Below, piece after piece: positions 41,481 through 51,131 of a DNA stretch of 64,000 nucleotides. The position numbers and the translations under genes are program-made. The notes under the pieces were generated by a model. The model saw only the letters and a list, made by a program, of their open reading frames with translations, searched no databases and was not told the DNA's origin. This DNA comes from an uncultured delta proteobacterium (lineage in GTDB: Bacteria; Desulfobacterota; RBG-13-43-22): contig CAWJJC010000020.1 of NCBI GenBank assembly GCA_963843145.1, forward strand, positions 192,001-256,000, read 5' to 3'. Within the stretch, counting starts at the first letter, position 1, and each line of letters starts with the position of its first letter.

Positions 41481-42386
41481 ATGAATAGGATCGTTATGAA
41501 TAGACTTCTGAAACTGGCTGAAAGAGTCACGGGCCGGCTTAAGGGCACGGCACACCTTTTTTACCATATCGTCATCATCGTCCTCAGCGCCGGAATAGTA
41601 TTTTCTCTGCATCATTGGGTTTCCTTGATCGCTCAATATTTTTTAACCGTCTGGTCCTTCATCGCCGACGAAAAAATATTCCTTACTTCCATTGAAATCG
41701 TTCTGGCCGTACTGCTCATCCTCTTTTTTAACTACCTGGGCCGGATGTGGTCCGATAGGAAGTTGGCCCGGATGTCCCGGAATGCCGGGATGGTCCACCT
41801 GTTTCCTGCCCGCGGCTTCCTGGCCCGACGACGAATCAGGAAATTAAAAGAGAAAACGGGTTATGCCCGGGAGGTCTTGGGGATCTTTTCCAGCGGTTTT
41901 CAGACGCTGGTGGAACCCACCGGTGACATGCACGGCGTCATCCAGAACTGCCGCGAGGCCAAGATCATGCTCCAAAATCCGGAAGGCAAAGCAGCCACGG
42001 CCCGGTCCAAAATTTTACTCGATCCGGAGATCCCCCCCGAAAGGACCCGGGAACAACTGGCCAAAACCATCGACTTTCTCCGGGGGCTCAAGACACTTCA
42101 GAAAGGCGTCCGGCTGAAACTCTACCCTGAGGCCCCTTTTCTCAAATTGGCCGTTCTGGGAGACACCCTCTGGCTGAGGCATTACTATCCCCGTTTCGAC
42201 ATGCCAAATATGCCGGAATACGTCTTTTGCAACAATCAGAACAACGGCAGTCTTTTTATGACCTTCTACCAGTATTTTCTTTTACGCTGGAACGACCCGG
42301 CCATACCTGAATTTGATTTTGAAACCGCTGAGCTGGTTTTCCGGGACGGATCCGGGAATACGACCAGGAGGGAAACCTTTAGGTAA
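41481..42386 (+). CDS. Hypothetical membrane protein (2 TM plus soluble domain)
   Basis: 301-aa ORF with two N-terminal hydrophobic segments; no family recognised. Confidence 0.65.
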   Translation: MNRIVMNRLLKLAERVTGRLKGTAHLFYHIVIIVLSAGIVFSLHHWVSLIAQYFLTVWSFIADEKIFLTSIEIVLAVLLILFFNYLGRMWSDRKLARMSRNAGMVHLFPARGFLARRRIRKLKEKTGYAREVLGIFSSGFQTLVEPTGDMHGVIQNCREAKIMLQNPEGKAATARSKILLDPEIPPERTREQLAKTIDFLRGLKTLQKGVRLKLYPEAPFLKLAVLGDTLWLRHYYPRFDMPNMPEYVFCNNQNNGSLFMTFYQYFLLRWNDPAIPEFDFETAELVFRDGSGNTTRRETFR

Positions 42387-42449
42387 ACTCGAGAATCGGG
42401 ATCGGTAGGATCTGAACAGCGGGGCGTGCATCCTCCGGGCGTTTAGGGA

Positions 42450-42731
42450 TCAGGGCACCACTTCCACTCCTTTCCCGAAGGCCACATAATTCCTGATTTG
42501 TCGGGCCGCTTTTTTAGGATCAGGATAATACCAGGCGGCATCCGGGTTAATTTCTCCGGCCACCACCAGATCGTAATAGCCGGCCTCTCCTTTCCAAGGG
42601 CATGTGGTCCGGGTACCGCTTTCCCGCAGATAATCCTTTTTCACCGAATGGGGAGGGAAGTAGTGTCTCCCCTCTATGACCAGGGTCTCCTGGCTCTCGG
42701 CCAGCAGGGTATTTTTCCATTGGGCCTTCAT
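42450..42731 (-). CDS. DUF427 family protein
   Basis: EGRHYFPP, TTCPWKGEAGYY, AAWYYPDP. Confidence 0.9.
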   Translation of the reverse strand: MKAQWKNTLLAESQETLVIEGRHYFPPHSVKKDYLRESGTRTTCPWKGEAGYYDLVVAGEINPDAAWYYPDPKKAARQIRNYVAFGKGVEVVP

Positions 42732-42815
42732 CGCTTAATGGGTGCCCCCCCTCATGATCAGGTCAATTGTGACAGTTGTCGGGTCGGTGGTCAAAGCCAC
42801 TATATTCCAGGTTAG

Positions 42816-42856
42816 ATCCAGACCGACTCGGTTTTCGAAACCGAGTCGGTCTGGAT
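42816..42856. repeat. Perfect 19-bp-stem palindrome
   Basis: ATCCAGACCGACTCGGTTT-TCG-AAACCGAGTCGGTCTGGAT. Confidence 0.85.
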
Positions 42857-43215
42857 GCCTTCGGCTTAATATTATCAGATACTAAGGCTTCCAACCAGGA
42901 TAATTACGGTATCGATTTAACCTGCTTATTTCGGCCCCCTTACCCTTGACTGATTAGGCCAAAACCCCTTACTTAATTCTGCTTTTTCTCCTTGCTCCTT
43001 TATTGCGCCTATTCTATACTCGGCACATTCCATTGGAAACGACGGCCTGTAGTGCCTTGATCAAAAAACCTGTGGGGAAGGAAACCTATTCTCGGGGCAT
43101 TTAAACGTAAAGAGGCGATAATGAGCGAAGGAATGGGGCGTAGAGAGTTTCTCAAATTTTCCAGGGCCACCGCGGCGCACTGCTCGCGACCGGGAAGGCC
43201 CTGAAAGGAGGCCCG

Positions 43216-44166
43216 ATGGCCCAGGAGATCGGAAAAATAATCGAGGTGGACAAACTGACGATCTGGGTACTGACCGACAACTATTTCGACACGTTGCGAC
43301 CGGACAACAAAATTACCAGGCGCTACCGGGTGGTGCCCGGAAAATCGATCCACGCCGAACACGGCCTGGCCTATTACCTGGAAACGGTCGTCGATGGAAA
43401 GGCGAACGCCTGCATGTTCGACTACGGGCTCGACCCGGTCGGAGTGATGAACAATATCGCACTTCTTGGACTGGATGTGGGGAAAACCCGGGCCTTCGGG
43501 CTGAGCCACGGCCATTTCGATCATTTCATGGCCGCCATCGAAATCCTGAAGAGCAACCAGGCGCGGATCGCCAAAGGGACTCCCTTCTACGTGGGCGATG
43601 AGACCTTTTACCGAAGATATTTACTTCGGCCCGAAGGCGGCGAGGCGATGGATATCGGCCAATTGAAAAAAGAGGACATCGAAGCCCTGGGGCTCAAGGT
43701 GGTGGAAGTCAAATCCTCGACCCAGATTATTCCGGGAGCTTATTTCACCGGCAACATCGAACGGGTCACGGACTATGAAAAAGTCCCACCGAGTCTGCTG
43801 ATCAAACGGGGTGAACAACCGGAACCCGACGACTTTCGCGGAGAACAGGCTTTCTTCTTCAAGCTGAAAGGAAAAGGACTGGTAATCCTTTCCGGCTGCG
43901 CCCATGCCGGCATCGTCAACACGGTCAAACACGCTCAGAAAATTTCCAGCAGCGAAAAAATCCACGCTGTCCTGGGAGGGTTTCACCTCATTAACGCCAA
44001 ACCGGAAATCATTCAAAAAACCGTGGCCGACATCAAGGCCCTGAAACCGGACTATGTGGTACCCACTCACTGCACGGGCTTTGAAGCCATCGTGGCCTTC
44101 AAACAGGAAATGCCCGAAGAATTTATTATCAACACGGCCGGGACACAATATTCTTTCGTGGCCTAA
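43216..44166 (+). CDS. MBL-fold metallo-hydrolase
   Basis: AEHGL, SHGHFDH, SGCAHAG, GGFHL, PTHCTG; an out-of-frame Tat leader lies upstream (43121). Confidence 0.88.
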   Translation: MAQEIGKIIEVDKLTIWVLTDNYFDTLRPDNKITRRYRVVPGKSIHAEHGLAYYLETVVDGKANACMFDYGLDPVGVMNNIALLGLDVGKTRAFGLSHGHFDHFMAAIEILKSNQARIAKGTPFYVGDETFYRRYLLRPEGGEAMDIGQLKKEDIEALGLKVVEVKSSTQIIPGAYFTGNIERVTDYEKVPPSLLIKRGEQPEPDDFRGEQAFFFKLKGKGLVILSGCAHAGIVNTVKHAQKISSSEKIHAVLGGFHLINAKPEIIQKTVADIKALKPDYVVPTHCTGFEAIVAFKQEMPEEFIINTAGTQYSFVA

Positions 44167-44394
44167 GCAGAACCTTCGGGACCAAGGCGCAAAGGATTCT
44201 GATTTGAGTTCTCGGCGGCGGTGTTCAAAAAGGAAGTCTCTAGGCAGCTTGCATCCACACCTTCGCGACCGGACGTTGTGGGCTTCGAGAGCAGGTCGCT
44301 CTAAAGAAAGGAGAAGGAAATGCATGCCCATACCACCAGACTCATCGCGTCGCTGGTCCTGGCGCTTTTCTGCCTTTAATTTTAAAATAATTGG

Positions 44395-44468
44395 CGCTTC
44401 GCCCTTTTGGGTGGGTACCCCCCGGATCCGGTCTGGCCGTGGGGTCTCGGCGAATTGGTTTTCCAGAA
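44395..44468 (+). repeat. Dispersed intergenic repeat, copy D
   Basis: CGCTTCGCCCTTTTGGGTGGGTACCCCCC...GGCCGTGGGGTCTCGGCGAATTGGTTTTCCA. Confidence 0.8.
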
Positions 44469-44684
44469 GAATTCTCCTATTTCTAGAAAATCAAAGGGAT
44501 CGGACCAAAATTTCAAAAAAGAGTAAGAATGAAGGTCACATTTATTGGATTAGGAAGAGAAGATTTTTCAGCGATTTATAAGTCCTTAAGCAAGTACCAG
44601 AACAAGCCCTGACCAACTCAGGATTGGGACCTTCCTGAAAGGGCATAAAAATCCGTTGTCAAGAATCGCGGAAGGAGAACCAAA

Positions 44685-44963
44685 ATGGCCAAAGATCCAG
44701 AGATCGGATATCGAGTAGCAGCTACCATCACCGGGGTAAAGGGAAAATGCAATGCGGCCCATCAGGTGGGAGAAAATTTTGAAATCAGTTGTCATAATCC
44801 CGGTGGGTTGTGCGGCTTCTTCTATCATGACCTCTTTCCCAACTTGATGACCTTTCAGTTTGGGGGGAAGCTCCCCTGGTGGGAAGGCGACACCATAGAA
44901 GTGCAATGCCCCGATCCGTACAACCTCGTGACCATGAAGCTGGAACGATCAAAGCGAGCCTGA
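44685..44963 (+). CDS. TIGR04076-like small Cys protein
   Basis: VKGKCNAAHQVGE, GLCGFFYH, LPW, QCPDP pattern. Confidence 0.75.
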   Translation: MAKDPEIGYRVAATITGVKGKCNAAHQVGENFEISCHNPGGLCGFFYHDLFPNLMTFQFGGKLPWWEGDTIEVQCPDPYNLVTMKLERSKRA

Positions 44964-44987
44964 TAACAATTTCATAAGGAGCCGGCG

Positions 44988-45572
44988 ATGGATAAAAAGC
45001 CCCTGGGGGCCGGTAATAGCAGTTTCGATCTGATCGACCCCGAACTATTTTTCTCTGCCTTGGGCCTCCAGGAAGATACCCTTTTTCTTGATGCCGCCTG
45101 CGGCCGCGGGGCTTACTCGCTGGCGGCCGCACAATATGTCGGGCCGGCGGGCCGGATTTATGCCTTCGACCTTTGGGAGGAAGGAATCGAAGCGCTACAA
45201 AAGGATATCCACTACAAAAGAGGAACTCCTATTGTCGCCCAGGTAGTCGATGTCAGCCGACAGATCCCGCTGGAAGATCAATCCGTTGATGTCTGCCTGC
45301 TGGCTACGGTCTTACACGATCTTATTCAAGACCGGACGGAAACGGGCGCCCTAAGAGAGATCGGGCGCGTTTTAAAACCACGGGGGACCTTGGCCGTCAT
45401 CGAGTTCAAAAAGATCGAGGGGCCACCCGGGCCGCCGATCCGAATTCGGATCGCTCCGGAAGAGGTGGAAGAACGGCTTCAGCCCCATTCTTTCAGCCTC
45501 CTCCGGGTGTTGGACCTTGGCCCGTTCAACTACCTGGCTCTTTTTAAGCGAAAAGAAATTTCGACAGGTTGA
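44988..45572 (+). CDS. Class I SAM-dependent methyltransferase
   Basis: LDAACGRG, VLHDL, RVLKPRG, PPGPP. Confidence 0.85.
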   Translation: MDKKPLGAGNSSFDLIDPELFFSALGLQEDTLFLDAACGRGAYSLAAAQYVGPAGRIYAFDLWEEGIEALQKDIHYKRGTPIVAQVVDVSRQIPLEDQSVDVCLLATVLHDLIQDRTETGALREIGRVLKPRGTLAVIEFKKIEGPPGPPIRIRIAPEEVEERLQPHSFSLLRVLDLGPFNYLALFKRKEISTG

Positions 45573-45606
45573 ATTTTCATAAAGCCTGCAACCGGGGAGA
45601 GGCACC

Positions 45607-47033
45607 ATGAACATTGCCGTGGTCGGGGGAGGAACGCGCTGCCTGAAATTGATCGAGTTGGTCGAAACCTACCGTTCCAGGAAATAACACCCAAAATCGT
45701 GGCGGTGGCCGATATTCAAGACGAGGCCCCCGGCCTCGTTAAAGCCCAGGAAATAGGCCTCTATGTGACCAACGATTATCACGACTTTTTCAATAGAGAT
45801 GACCTGGATTTGATCATGGAACTGACGGGCGATATGGATATTTTCAACGATATCCTGACCCAAAAAAGATCGTCCGTCCGTCTCATCGGCCATTCTTCCG
45901 CGGTGTTTCTCTGGGAAATTGCGCGCGCCTACGCCATACAGGAGGAAACCAACCAGAAGCTCAGGGAAACCATGGCCAAGTATGATGTGATTACCAATGA
46001 ATTCATCCATGAAAATGTCATGGTCATTGGACCGGATTACCGGATTTTGGATGCCAACGAAAGCCTGCTGAATAGTTTTAACATCCGGCGGGATCAGGCC
46101 GTCGGCCAACCTTGTTATACCGTTACGCGCTTCAGAGAAAGCCCCTGCACCGAAAAGGACACCCCTTGCCCGTTGGCCATGGCCCTCGAAACCCGGAAAC
46201 CGTCCCAGGTCACTTATACCCTTCAGGACGAGGAAAACAAGCCTCGCTATTATGCCGTTTCCTGTTATCCGCTTTTTGAAAATGAAAAACTGGTTCGGGT
46301 GATCCATATTTCCCGAGAAATCACCAAGGATATCAATTTTCAGAAAGCCATGATGCAACAGGAAAAGCTGGCCTCCATCGGTCGCCTCTCCGCCGGGGTG
46401 GCCCACGAAATCAACAATCCCCTGACCACGATTTTAACCTCGGCGATGCTGATTCAGGAGGAAATGGACTCGGATAATCCCCTCTATCAGGACATGAAGA
46501 CCATTTCCGACGAGGCGCTCCGCTGCCGGCGTATTGTGGCCAGTCTCCTGAATTTTGCCCGGCAGACCATGCCGTCCAAACGGTCGAATGACCTGAATGA
46601 AATCGTCAAGGACAGCTTTATGCTGACCAAAAAGCAGGCGACCTTTCAGGACATCACGATCAACCTTGGTCTGGCCCAGGACTTGCCCCAAATCAATGTG
46701 GACAAGGACCAGATTCAGCAGTGTCTGATTAACTTGACGCTGAATGCCATAGAAGCCACGGAAGCCGGTGGGCAGATCACGCTGACCACCCGAGGGGACG
46801 CCGGAGCGGACACCCTTGAAATTGCGGTGTCCGACACCGGAAGGGGCATCCCGTCTGAAAATATGAACAAGATTTTCGACCCTTTCTTTACAACCACCAA
46901 GGGCGGGACCGGTCTGGGGCTGGCCGTAACCCATGGTATTATCGAACACCACGGCGGCACCATTCAGGTGGAAAGCACCCTGGGGCAGGGGACCTGCTTT
47001 ACGATTCGATTGCCGCTCGAAAAGGAACCATGA
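45607..47033 (+). CDS. PAS histidine kinase with N-terminal Rossmann-like domain (one-base indel at ~45675)
   Basis: MNIAVVGGGTRC from ATG 45607 joins ORF 45699; AHEINNPL, NAIEA, DTGRG, GTGLGL. Confidence 0.85.
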
Positions 47034-47034
47034 G

Positions 47035-48474
47035 ATGCCCGCCGTTCCCCCACCCCGCATTCTGATTATCGACGATGAGCCGACCATTTGCCGTAATGGC
47101 CTAAAGATATTATCCAAATTGAACTGTGAGGCGGCCTGCGCGCTCAGTGGCTTCGACGGGTTGCGGCTGATGGCTGAAAAACCGTTCGACGTGGTGGTCA
47201 CGGACTTGAAGATGCAGGCTCTAGGGGGCATGGAGGTCCTTCGGCGGATCAAGGAGGCCTATCCGCAAACCATGGTGATCGTCATGACCGGATATGCCAG
47301 CATTTCTTCGGCCGTGGAGGTCATGAAACTGGGCGCCCTGGACTATCTGCCCAAGCCCTTTACCCCGGAAGAGTTCCGCGCCGCGGTGCTTCAGGCCCTG
47401 GAAGAAAAAACACGGCTCGAAAAAAACAGGGAATGGATGGACTTGAAGCGGACGCCGCAGGCCACGGTCCACCAGCTTATCGGAACCAGTCCGAAAATCA
47501 AACAGGTCATCCGGATGATTGAGAAGGTGGCGCCCACGGACTCCACCGTCTTGATCTATGGGGAAAGCGGAACCGGAAAGGAGCTGGTGGCCCGGGCCAT
47601 TTACGCCAACAGCCGGCAGAAGGACGGCCCCTTCTTTGCAATCGATTGCGGAACCCTGTCGAGCAGCCTCTTGGAAAGCGAGCTGTTTGGACATACCCGG
47701 GGGGCTTTCACCGGAGCCCATAAGGACAAGGAGGGCATTTTCAAGCTGGCCCAGGGGGGAACCGTATTTCTCGATGAGATCGGAAATATCAGCCTGGAAA
47801 TTCAAAGCAAGCTGCTGCGGGTCCTGGAGACGAGGGAATTCTTACCCGTCGGCGCTGTCAAGACGGTCAAGGTGAACATCCGGCTGATTCTGGCCACCAA
47901 TCAAAATTTAGAGGAACGGGTGGCGGTAGGCTCCTTTCGGGAAGATTTTTATTATCGCATTTATGTGGTTCCGATCATGATCCCTCCCTTACGGGACAGG
48001 GCCCTGGATATTCCGCCCATCGCCTATCATTTTCTGGCCCAATTCAACCAGACCATGGGCCGCCGGATCACCGGATTCAGTGCGGATGCCTTGAAACGCT
48101 TGACCGCCTTTGAATGGCCGGGGAATATCAGACAACTGCGCAACGTCGTCGAGCGGGCCGTCATCTCTTGTGAAGGCAACCTGATCACCATCAAGGATTT
48201 GCCCCTTTTGAGCGCCGGCGAGGACCGGGAGGCGACGGCCGAATCGGTCCCGGCCACCAATGAGGATTTCAAGCGTTGCAAAAAAGACATTCGAAAAAAG
48301 GCCGTGAACCGTATGGAGAGGGAATTCGTTTTGAACGCGCTCAGCAGAAACGACTGGAACGTAACCCGGGCGGCCAGGCAGGTCGGGTTGCAGCGGACCA
48401 ACTTCCAGGGACTCATGAAGAAACATGACCTCAGGTTGCCGGGAACCCACCGGGAGGATAAAAATGAAGCCTGA
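47035..48474 (+). CDS. Sigma54-dependent response regulator (NtrC family)
   Basis: Receiver IIDDE/TDLKM, GESGTGKE, ESELFGH..GAFTGA, WPGNIRQL, C-terminal HTH. Confidence 0.93.
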   Translation: MPAVPPPRILIIDDEPTICRNGLKILSKLNCEAACALSGFDGLRLMAEKPFDVVVTDLKMQALGGMEVLRRIKEAYPQTMVIVMTGYASISSAVEVMKLGALDYLPKPFTPEEFRAAVLQALEEKTRLEKNREWMDLKRTPQATVHQLIGTSPKIKQVIRMIEKVAPTDSTVLIYGESGTGKELVARAIYANSRQKDGPFFAIDCGTLSSSLLESELFGHTRGAFTGAHKDKEGIFKLAQGGTVFLDEIGNISLEIQSKLLRVLETREFLPVGAVKTVKVNIRLILATNQNLEERVAVGSFREDFYYRIYVVPIMIPPLRDRALDIPPIAYHFLAQFNQTMGRRITGFSADALKRLTAFEWPGNIRQLRNVVERAVISCEGNLITIKDLPLLSAGEDREATAESVPATNEDFKRCKKDIRKKAVNRMEREFVLNALSRNDWNVTRAARQVGLQRTNFQGLMKKHDLRLPGTHREDKNEA

Positions 48475-48580
48475 GAAAAAAGAATACACTGTATATTTAT
48501 TTTATACTATTCGACTGGGCCGCGCCCCCTTGAGCTAAAAAATATATAATGATTTCAATTAGTTTTTTTCAAGTGGCCAT

Positions 48581-48596
48581 TGGCACATATTTTGAT
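48581..48596 (+). promoter_or_regulatory. Putative sigma54 (-24/-12) promoter
   Basis: TGGCAC-ATATT-TTGAT (GG-N10-GA variant) in an AT-rich gap after the NtrC-like gene. Confidence 0.6.
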
Positions 48597-48653
48597 TATA
48601 AGTTTCATTGTTGAAGCCAATTGACGGAAACTTTTAAGATGAAGGGAGTGGCC

Positions 48654-49923
48654 ATGAAGAGAACCGCGAGGATTATGATTGTCGATGACGAACAGCCTAT
48701 CTGTCAAAATGTCGTCAAGATTCTGGAGAATCAAGATTACGAGGTCGTTCAGGCCGCGAGCGCGGAGGAAGCCCTGAAAAAAATGGCCGAGCAATCGTTT
48801 TCTTTGCTGATTTCCGACATCGTCATGCCGGGAATGAATGGGCTGGAGCTCCTCAAGCTCGTCAAAAATCAATGGCCGCTGACCAAAGCCGTCATGATTA
48901 CCGGTTATGCCTCCACGGATACGGCGGCCAAAGCCATTCGGTTGGGCGCCCTCGATTACCTCCCCAAGCCGTTTACCCCGGCCGAATTGCGAGAGATGGT
49001 CGAACTGGCCCTGGAAGAAAAGCTGGTGGTAGCGTCGTTTCCGGATGCGGAAAGGCAGGCCCTGGCTGCGAAGGGAACTAGACCCCTTCCGGCACGATCG
49101 ATTATCGATGTGGATATGCCCTTTGATCGGGCGGAGGTCGAGGAGGCCGTCGGCGAATCGTATGCCCGGGCGCTCGGCCCTTCGGATCGGCCGATAGTCG
49201 AACAACCGGTCCCGGAAACGCTGGAGAGCTATTGCTCGGTGGGGAATATCTTCTGTGACCTGTTCAAAAAAATCGACGCCACCTGCAAAGTCGGGAGGAA
49301 AAGCGGCGAGTGCCCCAAGAAAAAGGCCCAGGAGAAAAAGGGCGTCCGGGGAAGGGAAGGCCTTCGAGGCCCGAGAACTCATTGGGATCGACATCCCCTT
49401 CAACTACCGGGAAGTGGTTTCGGTTACCGGACCGGAATATGTCACCTACCTGAACCGCGATGGAATGTCGTTCATTCCTTATGAAGAATTGAAAAGGCGG
49501 CTGACCTCGCCCGGGCAGGCGGAAGCCGACCTGCCCGAGGTTCCAAAAACGCCGGCCTCCAAAACCATACTGGTGATCGATGATGAACCCGCGGTCAACA
49601 ACAATATCCGAAAAATTCTCCGGAAAAATGGATATGCCGTGGATCAGGCCTTGACCAAACAGGAAGCGCTGAAACAGATCGAAGGAGGATCCTATCCAGT
49701 GATCCTGCTCGACCTGAAAATCCCGGGGGTAAACGGCCTGGAGCTTTTAGGGGCTATCCGCCAAAAAAGCCCAGACAGTCGGGTGATCATAATTACCGGG
49801 TACGCCACCATTGAAACGGCCAAGGAAACCGCGCGTCTGGGGGCCGTCGATTACCTGGCCAAACCCTTTACTCCCGAGGAAATCCGAAGGTCGACGGAAA
49901 CGGCCTTTCGGTATGCCGCCTAA
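48654..49923 (+). CDS. Dual-receiver protein with Cys-rich central region (+1 indel at ~49341)
   Basis: Receiver (IVDDE, SDIVMP, KPF), central repeats and 4 Cys, second receiver (VIDDE, LDLKIP, KPF); ORFs 48621 and 49255 join at AAG G GCG. Confidence 0.8.
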
Positions 49924-49956
49924 TCAGCGTTTGGGGCTGCTTTAAGTAAAATTTGT

Positions 49957-50063
49957 AAGTTAGGCCCCGATGCGGAGTCCGGAGTACCTTTGGAAAACTC
50001 TTTTGCCGAGACCCGACGGCCGTGCCAGATCTGGGGGGTTCCCACCTAAAAGGGCGAAGCGTC
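49957..50063 (-). repeat. Dispersed intergenic repeat, copy E
   Basis: Reverse complement CGCTTCGCCCTTTTAGGTGGG...GGGTCTCGGCAAAAGAGTTTTCCAAAGGTACTCCGGAC...GGGCCTAACTT aligns with copy A. Confidence 0.85.
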
Positions 50064-50086
50064 TAAAATTCAGAGGAGGAAATTTC

Positions 50087-50398
50087 GTGAAAGTCTTGTT
50101 CATTATTTCGACCGACGACGGCGAAACCATTTTCAACGCCATGCGATTGGCCAATGTGGGCGTTGAAAAGGGCGATGAGGTGAGTGTTTTTATGCTGGGG
50201 AAGGGGGTACTGTTCGAGAAAAGCGGCAACGAACAATTCAACGTCATGGCCCAGATGGAAAAATTTGAGGGCGATTTCTATGTCTGAGGAGTCTGCCTGA
50301 AATCCCACGGTCTGGTGGGATCGAGCACTTGCCCCATTGCCTGGATGGATGATCTCTATACCCTGGCCATGGAGGCCGATAAAGTTATGACCTTTTAA
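50087..50398 (+). CDS. DsrE-family selenoprotein (UxxC), 103 aa by UGA readthrough
   Basis: GTG after GAGGAGGA; NAMRLAN, VSVFMLGKGV; in-frame TGA 50285-50287 continues GVCLKSHG...ADKVMTF to TAA. Confidence 0.85.
50285..50321 (+). promoter_or_regulatory. Bacterial SECIS element
   Basis: Hairpin ATCCCAC-GGTCTG-GTGGGAT (50302-50321) with a G-containing apical loop ~22 nt after the UGA. Confidence 0.8.
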
Positions 50399-50625
50399 AA
50401 CACGGTCGAAAGAAAAGGGCTGGGTATTTCAGGTGTGGAACGTCTGCCGCCTTTCTTCGGGCAACGACGCCTTAAGGTTTTACTCCGTCTGGGCGTCGTT
50501 TTCCCAGACAAATTATGTAGTCCGCCCATTTTTTTCCTTGACATCCCTGAAATCCTTTTCCTAAAATAGAGGTCAACTCTAACGAGAAAAATTTCATTTT
50601 TCAGATCCCCTTCACACGCCACCGG

Positions 50626-50982
50626 GTGAGACGGCGCGTCGTAGTGTTGGATCACCCCATCGGCAATCTGGAGCGCTGCCGAGAATGCAACGCCGAATGC
50701 TGCCGCTCGTTTCCCGCCGTAAACATTACCTGGACTGAATACAACAAACTGAGGGAACTGGGCGCCACCCGCCTTTCATTTTCCCTATCCGGCCGTTGCA
50801 AGCTGATCATCGAAAACGGCTGTGAATTCCTTTTGAATGGCCGGTGTTCCATTTATGAAGATCGGCCGGACATCTGCAGACGCTTCCTCTGCGCGGATTA
50901 TCTGCCCGGAGAGAAAAGGTCCTTTTTCCCGCACTGGCCGATCCGCCACCGTGAACCCAGACCGTTAATAACCGTCCCATAA
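50626..50982 (+). CDS. YkgJ family cysteine-cluster protein
   Basis: CRECNAECC...CEFL...CSIYEDRPDICRRFLC. Confidence 0.8.
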   Translation: MRRRVVVLDHPIGNLERCRECNAECCRSFPAVNITWTEYNKLRELGATRLSFSLSGRCKLIIENGCEFLLNGRCSIYEDRPDICRRFLCADYLPGEKRSFFPHWPIRHREPRPLITVP

Positions 50983-51131
50983 AAGTGTTTACCTGGGGTG
51001 TTCTTTTTATCTCTCGCCCGCTGCGCTCGAGTTCGCAGAGGATACAGAGAAAGATAAATTGATTTTTTGAAAAATCGCTGAAATGCCGATTTTTCAAAAG
51101 AACTCACGCCTCCGGCGGGGTCTTATCCGCT

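Noticed and set aside
43022-43098. Two GAAA-capped hairpins resembling a Moco or c-di-GMP riboswitch
   Set aside because: Stems are imperfect and conserved cores do not match; needs an Infernal search.
50453-51120. Imperfect hairpins flanking the YkgJ gene (about 50459-50506 and 51007-51100)
   Set aside because: No second copy in the window and no recognisable motif; may be REP-like remnants.
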